The notes under the pieces are model-generated. The model saw only the letters and a list, made by a program, of their open reading frames with translations. It had not been told where the DNA came from and searched no databases. The position numbers were made by a program, and so were the translations under genes. Below are positions 1 to 11,073 of a DNA stretch of 64,000 bases, piece after piece. Every line of letters begins with the position of its first letter. The first letter of the stretch is position 1. Source of the DNA: Cirrosporium novae-zelandiae (Eukaryota); contig JAPETS010000012.1 in assembly GCA_026023565.1 (NCBI GenBank), positions 248,001-312,000 of the forward strand, given 5' to 3'.

Positions 1-1135
1 ACCGGCTGTGGGGTGAAAAAGTCATAGGGTACACCCTCAATACCATCGTTCTTGTTGAGACGAGCAGCTTCAACTGCATAAGGAAGCTCTTGTAAGATCA
101 GCCTTCCAGGAGCATCTAGGAATTTTTCCTTGAATAACTTCAAGTACTTCCCTTGGCCTCCCCCAATATCAATCAATAGCACATCACTTTGTTTTGCATC
201 AAATCCGTCAATCAGTTGGCGTTGAATGGGGAACCAGTCCACCCAGTTTGGCTTTCCTCTTTGATTAAGTTCCATCCAGGCATGAAAATCCTTGGTCATG
301 CCGTGCTTATCCGCGTAAGGGAAATAATCCATATCGGTATTGAAAGCGAGTTGGAAGGGCGTGTCAGAAGAAGTCGTCGGATATTTGAAACCCTTACGCC
401 TAAAGAATTCGGGGGCTTTTGCTACGCAGAGGTTTCCGATATCGAAACTAAATCATTGATCGCAATGGTTCAGTGGTCTATCCTCATAAGAGGTGATAGG
501 TAAGATTTACCAAATTTTGACGCTTGACTCAATCAATGGATCGGTTAAGGCTTTAGTAAGGGCAGAGGCCTTGTATCTTTCCACCCCGATTTCTTTAACA
601 TGGCCTGTGGCAGAAAGTACTCGTAATATTTGGACTGAGTGGTAGCAAATTGCTTATCAGCTATTTAAAAATCGGAAATGACATGGGTGAATCATCCATG
701 ATATCCATATGGAACCATTTTTGGAAAGGACAGTCACCCGTACTCACCAACCAGTATATAGTCGGCATCAGCAGATGCAGCCAACGATTTGGCTGTGGAA
801 GGATTGTCTCCACTTGCGCATATGTTTCGAAATATTTGTAGGTCGACACCCATCCTCAAGCACATATTTGTTGGGAGGTCCTTTTCATGATAACATCAGG
901 AACCTACTATCAAGAATATCTACTCGGAGAAGAAAGGGATTGATACCGTTACGGCATGGTCAAAAATGACATCCATAGGAGTCTCCAGCGCTCGTGTCAG
1001 CTTCTTTGAAGCTTCTAAAGCCTTCATCCGAGCATTATTATCACCAAAGACATCGGCTTTATCCAAGGCTGCTGTTGCGGAATTGACCTCTTTGACGAGG
1101 GTTGAGACGTATTCATTGTGATCCGAGGAGTTCAT
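1..1135 (-). CDS. SAM-dependent O-methyltransferase (fungal class II/COMT-like), multi-exon, 3' end outside window
   Basis: Exon 1 MNSSDHNEY...ALETPMDVIF. The last visible exon translates to LLIDIGGGQGKYL...GRLILQELP...GVPYDFFTPQP, matching the SAM-binding DxGGGxG, LQ(D/E)LP and DFFxPQP motifs. Confidence 0.88.
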
Positions 1136-2245
1136 GATTACTTGTATAAAATTGGGTTAGTTTGAAGAGCACACACTCATCAGGGATTATTAAGAGATGG
1201 ACTTTACTTGATGGTTCTCAGATCTTAGCGAAATTGATCTACAGAAATCTGAAGTATATTCACCTAATTGAAAAGAAATTCCCTGTTGTGCCTGTGCATT
1301 CTGTGATCCTCTTTTTCTATGTCGGTAGGGTCCATCGGGGTACTTTAGTTCAGTTGGAAAGGGAGGCTATCTGAACTATCTGGAGCATCTGGGCTATCTT
1401 GATTCTTGAGCCTTTGCTAGACTAAGATCCGGGTGGAAGCTCAGACGAGTTGTTAGTACGTAAGTTCACTAATCACTTCTCTCGGAAAGGCTCCCGGTTC
1501 ATGTCACAGTCAAATGCATCTCTGGATGCTAAAGTGTAAAGTGGTAATATCTCCTGATACGGGGGTTCGTCGTTTAGGGTGCGTTTGGTGGCTCTAGTTA
1601 GTTTAAGTCAATCCAAAAATCCTATTTTTTCTTTTCCGTGGCTGTCGGCCCGCACGCATCCTCTTCTAAACTTCTTGGGTAAGTCTTGGCTAAAACATCT
1701 CGATGGACCAACCCTCACAACCTCAAGGACTACCAAGGACCATATCTTCATCGCTCACTTCCTATCGTTTACGCTAACCCGTACGGCCATGGACCCAATA
1801 CTGTTAATTCTTCTCAATATTTTTTTACCAAGTAGATTGAGTCGGATATTTGGGACCGAATAGTTTACCTACTACATTATCCTTGTCTTAACGTGGTATA
1901 ATAATTATAGTCTTTAGGTCGAGAATAGCTGTATAATGTGCTTGTGTGCGCCACAAAGTTTCAAAGTCTCCTTCCACGGCCACCAGCAATAGCCTGAAAG
2001 ACATCCTTGTGTCCTTACGCCATGGATCCCAGCTTCTGCATCTTTCGACCCTTGTTTCCTTCCTCAGAGGACGTGTCTCTGTTTGCATTTTCATATTATA
2101 TCATGGACCCTGAAGCAGCCTTTGGGGCTGATATTCATCCATCCTCTTTATTTCTTATATAAGAAAAAAAAAACGCTTTTCATCTTTTAATAACTCGCTT
2201 TATATTCCTCTTTGAATCATTTTACACATTGATTGATGGACTGAT

Positions 2246-3693
2246 ATGGCCGCCTCCACCTCAACCGGAGCGGGCTCCGATGCATACAGGGGAGACCAGG
2301 TGATAGCCACATCGATTTCAATGGCTATACTTCAAATAATTGTGGTTCTTCTACGTTTCTATGCTAGGAAAATAAAGAAAGTGCCATACGCAATAGACGA
2401 TTATTTGATCGTACTAGCTCTTGTACGTGAGAACTTTCCCCACCCCATTATCAATTCTGAATAGGTCTTATGAATTATAGCTCGGCAGTCTTGGACAGTG
2501 TGTAGTATATATTATCAGTATGGTATTCTCTATATCCCTTCCATGGCCATTTGTGACTGACTCACTATGCCAGTGGTTCAACTAGGAGGGGTTGGATACC
2601 ATATGTCTGTTGTTCAGAAAACTCCTAGTAAACTGGTAATCCTCGAGAAGGTATTTCCTTATGATGAACGAGAACTTGGTAAAATCACGTTTAGGACGTT
2701 CTTGGCTAATACTACTTTCTAGACTCTGTTTATCGATGAGATCCTCGACTTTCCTTTCTCGGTCACCCCCGCCAAATTATCACTTATATTCTTCTACGTT
2801 AGGATTTTTGACGCTTTCGGGGAATTCAGAATCTGGGCAGCTATTGTAGGCTTTGTCGTGGTTGGCTCAGGGGTGGGAACTCTTTTCGCCGCTATTTTTC
2901 AATGCTCGCCTGTTTCATATGCTTGGGATAAAACTATTCCCGGTGGAAGCTGTTTCAATCAAATAGCTTTCTATAGATGGGTATCGCTCCCAAACATTGT
3001 GACAGATGTTGTGTTGATGATCCTTCCCTTACCCTATTTGTGGAATATGCATGCATCAACGGCTCAGAAAATTGGAGTATCGGGGATATTTCTCCTGGGT
3101 AGTTTGTTAGTGTTGGAAGCCCCAAGAATTCTCCATACCCTGCTAATATCTGAGATAGAGGAACTATTGCCAGTTGTATCCGTTTCAGTATCTTCTTTCA
3201 GAACAATGCTCTTATCGATGCAACCTGTACGTTGCTCTACCCCTTGATTATTCGACTTATAGACTTAAACTAGCCAGGGACTTCTGTTGAACTGGGTGTA
3301 TGGACTATGGCTGAAGCTGGCATTCTCATAATTGCCGTTTGCTTGCCTTCTTTATGGCCGCTCGTCAAACGAATTATACCTCATTGTCTTCTCAGCTACG
3401 CATCGGCTTTTGATAGTACACCTAAGACTCCGTCGAAGGACCGGTCCACTTTTCTTAGCAAGCAATCAACCCTCAGAAGGAAAACTAGTGCACAAAGCGA
3501 TTCTGTGGGTTTTACTCGACTGGGTATGCTGCCAGCCGATGACTGGAATGCTGCAACAGATATATCTGCACATGTGCATGACAGCGAGAATGGTTCTCAG
3601 AGGAGCGAATCAATTCCAATGGATAGAATTACTGTCAGAAAGGAAGTCCACTTGAGAACCGGACCAAGTAGTCATTTACCCGATTCCTTCTAA
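2246..3693 (+). CDS. Pth11-like / fungal rhodopsin-domain integral membrane protein (multi-exon)
   Basis: LRFYAR...DDYLI, IFQCSPVSYAWDKTIPGGSC, NIVTDVVLMILPLP and AEAGILIIAVCLPSL motifs; several GT-AG introns; Ser-rich cytoplasmic tail. Confidence 0.85.
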
Positions 3694-4702
3694 TCATCTG
3701 CCCGATAGTTTGTTAATAAATCCACTTCTATTTAAAATAGAAAATATGACTTTGATGATATAATCTAAGGGTTTCCGTCTAATTTAAATATACTCCTGGA
3801 ATTGTATATGATAAATGTTCGCCTTAAGGTACTTAGGTAATTATGCTTATGAGATATCAGTGATAAGTGGTCACAAAAGGTCTAGCTAGATTCGTTTCCT
3901 CCACGGCCTCAACACCCTTGTATAAGGCTCCTCCACCTAGGTTATCGGGTACCTCAAGATAAGAAGCCCCAACTCTGAGGCTATACCACAAACGGCTTAG
4001 CATACTTCGGATGTAACATTCAAGCTAATTTGATTGGAGTTCGGGTGACATGAACACGACCTACTACCAACGTTTGATATTCATACACAGTAGTTATATA
4101 CAAGTTAAAGTACAGTTGAGAGGTCAACCATGCTTGGGAATTAGTGTCACCAAGACGCCTTGATTCATAATTGAGTATTATGCGTCAAATTCTCATGCAC
4201 CTGCAGTCATCCAATTGCAGCCCGAGGGCAATATCAAACATGGCGCAAGGCTGAATCTCAACTGGAGGCTATGCTTACGGAATCCCGTCCTCATTCTTTA
4301 GATTCTCTTCTCATTTGTTTCCAGGCTAATTAAATACCCACCTAGCTGTATCTGCTCGTTGTTTTGGCTCGTGAGAGTAGTATTGTCTTTCCTTGTGATT
4401 GTTACCACTGACTATCTCCCGGGAGCTAGGTTCTAGATTGGTTCTTTCCCATGAGTTTTCCTTAAACAATATCGAGCCTTTGTGATGTGTTATCAACTCG
4501 TCGAACGATACTCGGGCTGTCGGTGTCTTTACTATAGGCATTCTGTTGACGTGTGTGGTAATTACGGACAGTCTTGGCATCCGATTGAAGAGAAGACTGT
4601 TTTGGTTGGATTCTACTGTCAAGAGCATCTAAGAGCACGGATAATAATATAAATACAAACTCTACGTCAAATTGATTAGAAAAGCCGAGCAATGGCGATC
4701 CA

Positions 4703-7700
4703 ATGGAGGTTGCAGTGGCGTTTAAAATTTCCTCGGAGTTATGGGAGGAGAAGCAGCCGGAAATCGTCCGGCTTTATCAACAAGAGGGATATCCACTGCG
4801 AACATTGGCGAGAATTACACGGTCGGAGGAGTTCCACCCTAGGTAATAGGTACATATCCTAAATCGAGTTGCATAAGCCCTGCTGATTCCAATTTGGTAG
4901 CGTGTCCCAGCTTCGGAGTCGGTTAAAACGTTGGAACATCCGTAAACGAAGCAATAATAAAACCTGCCCAGAGAATCCAGTACAATTCAGGGGGGATTCT
5001 CCAGTTACAGGTTCAACCTCTTCCCGCAAGCAAGGGTCTTCAAATCTAGAGGCTAACCTAGAGATAAAAGCAGGAGCATTTATATTGGATGGGTCCTCTA
5101 GCGAAGGCGATGAGGGCTCATTTGAAGAAGTCATCTTGACTCCAAGACGGATTTCCCCTACTGGCGGGTTGAAGAGGTCCTTGATCCATGGCAGGAAGCA
5201 TGCTTCATTGAAATTTGACCTCTAAACTGAGCGGACAAGAGATGGAGATGCTTTCGCGATTAAGGCCGACAAGAAAGAAGTATTCGAAAATACAACCAAA
5301 GATGGTATCAAAGCTGTGGGTTCGAATTATTTCGCTTCCGGGGGTGAGGAATCAGACTTAGACGAGGATAAGCTGAGATTTCCACGTATTAACTCAACAG
5401 AGAGCTTACGTAGCCGACGGCCACTCTCAGCCGACTTGATTCTTCAATCTAGGAACACAAAATTGGAAACTGGACAAACTACAGATGATCACTCAGAGCT
5501 CTCATGGCTATTTCACGAAGAACATATGATCAAGGGAGATATTGCGCTAGATCTAGTCGAAGTAAATAATATATCGAGGGCCGTGGAATCCTCACCTGAG
5601 TCTAAGATTTCGCTTGAAAAGCTACTATCTAAAACGCCACTCCTGTTGCCGGATGATAACTCTGAATCGGATGGTGGGGTTATCATGATGAAGGAGATGC
5701 CACACAGAACACTAATAAGCAACTGAAATACATCTAAGAATAGCTTTAGCAGTAATAGTCTTGGAGAGTATTTCCCCGGCTCATATCCGCTAAAAGTTGA
5801 AGAAAAATACGATGAAGAAAATGCCTCAAACTCTGATACAGTGTCAAATTCGACATCATATGCACAATCCATCTTCTCCATTCCAGATTCTATTGCGTCA
5901 GATGACACGCTAGTTGACTTTGGGGATCTCGCGCTGATCGCAGCTAACGAAATCATTGAAATTATGCTTAAGGACGAGGGATTAAAGTCTTTATGTTTAG
6001 ATGCCGTTTATAGTGATAGAGTTGGAGCAGATCGATTTGAGAACAATTTTCGTCGTCTATTGAAACAATATTCGATGGACCTAGAAAGTGAAGCCCAAGA
6101 TGAGAATGAGAAAAAAGCCATGTATATCATCCATAAAAAGTCGAGATACATGGCTCAGGCAATCAGACGAAAAGCTAATGAAGAAGGGGGATACAAAGAG
6201 TCCGGGAGCCAGAAGTCAAGACTCGAAGATTACTTGAAGCATCAGCAACCCTCTCAAATAGGACGATAACTGGAAACAATTCCCTGAGTTGTTTCATCAG
6301 AGATTTAATTATCTCTAGCGGGGCTTTCACCGTGCTTCGAATTAATCTTCACGATTTCATCTGGCCTCCCTTTGACTCGACTCTCGAGAGGCTACTAGAA
6401 GGGTATTCAATGTCGAGGTCTGATTCACCCCCTGCAGCATCGGTGTTAAAGCTCTAGAGGCTTGTTGTAGGCTTGAAGAACGTTGCCCCTAAAAATGTGT
6501 CGGTGACATATGAAGACAATACCCGTATTTTAAACAAACTCAAATGTAAGGTTGAGGAATTAGCCAATGAATATTGGGAATGGTGACCGTTGAAGCGACC
6601 GACGCACCCTTTCTCTCGGAACTGTGCTCGCCTACGTTGGCATTGTGTACGTTTGGCGATCCAATATTTCCGTATCGTATACAGATTAACTAACAAAACC
6701 TAGTCTTGTGGCAAAGAACTTTGCGAAGAAGTCCCTTTGAAGTTTGCTGAAGAATTAGATCGGTTGTTAAGGCATTATACTCGACAAAAGAGGGGCAATT
6801 CATATCGTCCCCATAACGATAATACCAACTCTGGGGTTACATCTCACGCGTTAGATACCCCTAGTGGTCAGGGGGTTCAATGTCGAGACATGCATAATCA
6901 ACAGGTAGGCCAAGACCCTTTAACGCCCCCTTCGGAACGGGGTGGGGTATGTTCGTTTAACAGGGCAAGTGTTAATAATTCTAGCCTTGTCCCATAGGTT
7001 GTGCACTTGGGGGTTTGGAAAGGAGCTGATCTACGTCTGGCGATATTTGAAGTTCAAGGCTATAAGGACAACCAGTTCTATAAAGAACTAAGAGAGAGGT
7101 ATACGATACTTCGAGGATTCTGGAGGACATGGTTTAGCCTTTGGCAATATTCCGACAGCGATTTTGTCAAGGTAATCGATCCTAAAATCGTATTTGAAGG
7201 TTACTATGCATTAATTGCGAATTGCACCAGTTTGAAAAGTTTGCCAGCCGTGGAATAGCACTTCTAGGCGAAGATCACCCGGACCCCGATCCAAAGTCCG
7301 AATATGACTACGCACCAAAACCACTGCAGTTCAAGCCGCTTATCAGCAAGCATGAATTCAATTGGGCATTCTACGCTTGTCATGACCTCTGTCCCATCAA
7401 TTCCTTCATGCGACTGTTCCACGCGTGCAAAAAGATAAACCATCATTCGCGAAGAGCACTTGACCATATTCCCAAGAAGCAGCACTGGGATATCGAAGAG
7501 GACGGCGACGAAGAAGAAATCTTCTGGGGCATCCAGGCCGTTGAAAAACCTAGACTCGTTACCGGCGCGGTATATCTACTGGCGGTCCTCATACCAACCA
7601 TCATCTTTTCATTTCTGTGGCTTTTTTCCTGGGGACACTCTGGGGATTTGCAAAACGCTTTTGTGCCTATTATGGTTGTGGCTCCGTTCCTGCAACTTTT

Positions 7701-7752
7701 TATGCGGTGGTCGCACAAGAAGAATGGAGACCAGGGAGTCAAAGTAGGTTGA
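4703..7752 (+). pseudogene. Decayed Clr5-domain protein gene with C-terminal transmembrane segments
   Basis: N-terminus WEEKQPEIVRLYQQEG...[intron 4843-4900]...SQLRSRLKRWNIRK is Clr5-like. The reading frame continues across stops at 5223, 5724, 6455, 6584 (WEW*PL) and 6995, with apparent frameshifts near 6260-6300. Confidence 0.7.
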
Positions 7753-8166
7753 CTGTTGATGCAAACTTGTGCACCGTTGAAGGAATAAGACACATCAAAC
7801 AATACTGTTAATATTGTTATTGCTCTTATTATTACAGCAGACATCCCTCCCTAGTAGAAATCCAAGAAGGATGAGGTTGTGGTTTTGATTTTTGATTTTA
7901 ATATTTCGTAAGAAGGTAATGTTATAGGCTATGGCGCAAAAGGGTGTGTGATTCTTTGATAGTGTGTGTACATTTCATCCTGTCCCAAGATAAATAAATA
8001 GGACTTCCAACTAATTTCAATCAATCCCTTCCATTTCTGTCTAGACATAGGCCATACTTTCTGCCCCCCAAAAACCAATTTTTGTTGCACTCCAAATTTT
8101 AGAATTCCTACCTAGGATAGCGTATGTGTGGAAGTGACAACCCCACAATATTTATACTCCCGTTCT

Positions 8167-10695
8167 TCATTCTTCACTCTTCTTGAAATTCCTGGCTCTC
8201 GCCTGCGGACCCCAATTCGCGTGCGGATTCACCTGGTATCTCACTAATGCGATTTTCTTCTCCTTGCCTAGTTGTTCGTCGAATACGATTTTCAGTTTGT
8301 GTAGGTCGGATGGGGAGGGCGATTGGGAGAGGTAGGTAGCTGGTTTAGCGTTGGGGTCGGGTGATGGGAGGGGATGTGCTTGGTCTGTTGTTGATGGGGA
8401 AGATGGGGATAGGCCTTTCGGTGGATGGGAGGATGTAGAGGTGTCGAAATTGGTAGTGGTTGGGTTTGTGGTTCGATAGAGGAGGGCTTCGAGGCTTATT
8501 TTTAGGGATGAGAGAGATGTGGAGGAGTTGATGAGGGTAGAGGCTTCTGTTTTTAGTTGTTGGAGGGAGGATGCTTCAGTCCCTTCTTCTTCTTCTTTTT
8601 CTCCGGGTGGAGTTGTGGTATCGGAATGTGTGGTCGTTGTAGAAGGTCGACTTTTCTTAAGGATTTCATAGCCTGCGGTTCCTTCTTTGCATTTTCCGAT
8701 GGGCCCTTTTGCTTTTGCTTCTGGGCTTACTACCCACTCACGCATGATTTCCCAAATGACAGACCACGGCGCATCGGTGATTATGGATCCAGCTTTTGTG
8801 TGAGAGCGGCCGACGTTGTAGCCTAGGTGTTTCAGAGCGCCGCGCATGGACGCCTCGGTAGGCGTTGTGGTATGAAGGATTCTGGAAAGGTTGCTAGGGA
8901 TTAGGAAGAAGGGATGATTGTTGTGGAGATGGGGTGGAAGTTTCGGGATTAGGTTGGTGCTGGAGGGTTCATCGATATTATTTCCATTTTTGTCTTTGAG
9001 GGTTCGGGAGTAGGAGGTAAGGTCCTCTTCCAGGGCCGTGGTTAGCATTCCCTTAATACGGGGAATAGTGGCGTAAACGGATTCATCGAGCATGGGGAGG
9101 TAAGAGAGGACTCGTGAGATAAATTGAGGGTTGTGAAGCGGCCCACCCCACATGGGACCTGCCATATGGGTTTTGAAGCCGCAGTGCTCGCACCGAGGAC
9201 TTGCGGCAGGGCCTTGGGCTAGAGAATGTTTGAACCAGATTTCGCCATTTTTATTCTCTCGGGCTTGATCCCGTGAGAGGCGTTGGATCGTCCATGAGCC
9301 ACACCCTGTGTCACAGTTATGCACGATGATGGTCTTTGCGGCGAGGAATTTCACATCTGCCGGGGAGCGGTGGACACGGACGAAGAGGCGAGCGTAGTAG
9401 TCGATAGATAGAGAAAGAAGGGGCTCAACAGCTAGGCCGTAGCGCGCAGCAACAGTGGCAATGGAGTTCAGGATTAGACGAAGTCCTGCCTCGTGTGATA
9501 TGAGTCCTTTCATAGGAACGCCTCCATACAAGGCATATGCTTTTTCTGGGTAACCGTTTGAAGCGAAGACGCCGGCATCTGTGCAAGTGACTGCGAGGAG
9601 GCCGTTGTCTCCAATTGCCTGGAGTGCTGAATCGAAAAACGGGGCAGCGGTACCATAAGGATCAAGATCGATAACTTGATATTTCTTCCCAGAATACATA
9701 TGACTGCGGGCGTCACCTGTGCTTGGAACAATCTTATCGACGAGGCTGTTGTGGATAATATTGAGATTGATGGACTCGGTGGCGGATGGAGAAAGGTCGT
9801 TGGCAGTTATGGAAGTGGCAAAAGGGATTTCGTGGGCATAGCGGAGAGCTCGAAGACCAGTTGCTGAAAGGGCATCTAAAATGGAAAAGGAATATTTTGT
9901 GGAGGTTGGTTGAGAGATCTCGTTAGGTATGCTGACTCCTCCAGCTTCTGTGATTGGGGTTTTGGAGTCCCCTGTATTTGTGCTTTCAGTTGCAGCCCCA
10001 GAATCACCATTTACTGTAGGAACCTCTGTCAAACCTTGCACAGATGTATCAGTCAAGTCTAGCCCATCTCGGTTTGCTGGCCTTTTAGTTGCAGATTCAT
10101 CCCCAATTTCCTTCTCTAGATCGTCTTTGGCACTGTCACCTCTCTTTCTCTTTTTTCCTCTTTGGCCTCTTTCATGTTTCCGGTCCTTCTCAGCTTTCCG
10201 TTTAACCAAGTAATCCTCCCCGAAAGCACGAATAGCTAACACGCTCAGATCTCGGTTGAACTGCTGAATAGGATTATAGAAAACTGATTGAGAGGATCCA
10301 TCTTGTCTAGGGTTGGTAGATTTTGACTTTTTGCCCAGTTGCTGCGGAACCAAGATATGGGCGAGACCTTCTTTGACCGTGGTATACACTTTACCTTCAT
10401 GATGAATTATTTGACTAGCGTGGGGTGTAGTGTTTAATCCATTCACAGAAGATTCATTTGACTCTTCATCTATTGGTTTGGTTTCCATCTGGTTAACTAC
10501 AGATGGGTCATTCGGTCTCGAAACAGAGAGCTCCTGCTGCTTTTCTTGATTGGACATGGTCACTATGGGAGCCTGGAAGCAAGAATGATAGAAATGTCTT
10601 GGTATTTGAGATGGATTTCTGAATGATCTGAGTATAATTTCAACTGTTGTTATCCTTCCCAGAGAAAAAGAGGGAACGAAAAAGATCCCTCTCAT
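8167..10695 (-). CDS. TRM1: tRNA (guanine26-N2,N2)-dimethyltransferase
   Basis: VFYNPIQQFNRDLS, ILDALSATGLRALRY, IDLDPYG, CxxC pairs, GPMWGGPLHN and C-terminal RYQVNPHANWGP motifs; single long ORF with first ATG at 10695. Confidence 0.95.
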   Translation of the reverse strand: MRGIFFVPSFSLGRITTVEIILRSFRNPSQIPRHFYHSCFQAPIVTMSNQEKQQELSVSRPNDPSVVNQMETKPIDEESNESSVNGLNTTPHASQIIHHEGKVYTTVKEGLAHILVPQQLGKKSKSTNPRQDGSSQSVFYNPIQQFNRDLSVLAIRAFGEDYLVKRKAEKDRKHERGQRGKKRKRGDSAKDDLEKEIGDESATKRPANRDGLDLTDTSVQGLTEVPTVNGDSGAATESTNTGDSKTPITEAGGVSIPNEISQPTSTKYSFSILDALSATGLRALRYAHEIPFATSITANDLSPSATESINLNIIHNSLVDKIVPSTGDARSHMYSGKKYQVIDLDPYGTAAPFFDSALQAIGDNGLLAVTCTDAGVFASNGYPEKAYALYGGVPMKGLISHEAGLRLILNSIATVAARYGLAVEPLLSLSIDYYARLFVRVHRSPADVKFLAAKTIIVHNCDTGCGSWTIQRLSRDQARENKNGEIWFKHSLAQGPAASPRCEHCGFKTHMAGPMWGGPLHNPQFISRVLSYLPMLDESVYATIPRIKGMLTTALEEDLTSYSRTLKDKNGNNIDEPSSTNLIPKLPPHLHNNHPFFLIPSNLSRILHTTTPTEASMRGALKHLGYNVGRSHTKAGSIITDAPWSVIWEIMREWVVSPEAKAKGPIGKCKEGTAGYEILKKSRPSTTTTHSDTTTPPGEKEEEEGTEASSLQQLKTEASTLINSSTSLSSLKISLEALLYRTTNPTTTNFDTSTSSHPPKGLSPSSPSTTDQAHPLPSPDPNAKPATYLSQSPSPSDLHKLKIVFDEQLGKEKKIALVRYQVNPHANWGPQARARNFKKSEE

Positions 10696-11073
10696 CAAGG
10701 ATATAACACTGGTCAGCTGGTTAGAGTAAAAACATATATCTTAGATGTCTTCTAAATTGAATAAACAGCCTTTTAGATTCCAGTGAGGTGCATGTTTTTA
10801 TGCAAGCCAGGAATAGTAAATAAACAGATGTATAGCAATTAATTTATAGAAAAATATTTGAAGTTGAATATCGGAAGTCGGGCTAGAGTCAGAAGTAAGG
10901 CTGAGCTAAACCATTTCTGTCTCATCCCCAGACCAAAGCTGCCAAGACCAAGCTCCAGTTCGTGAACTTGGACGCGCTCTATCATTGACAATTTCACTAC
11001 GACCTAGCTCTTATTTCATACCAACGGTTAACACCGATAAATATTTGGTGGGCTTGCCCTACATTCGCCCAAC

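Noticed and set aside
6584..6997. Premature stops as A-to-I editing-corrected (UAG/UGA to UGG) codons
   Set aside because: The same gene also has a TAA stop and frameshifts that editing could not plausibly repair; ordinary decay is the simpler explanation.
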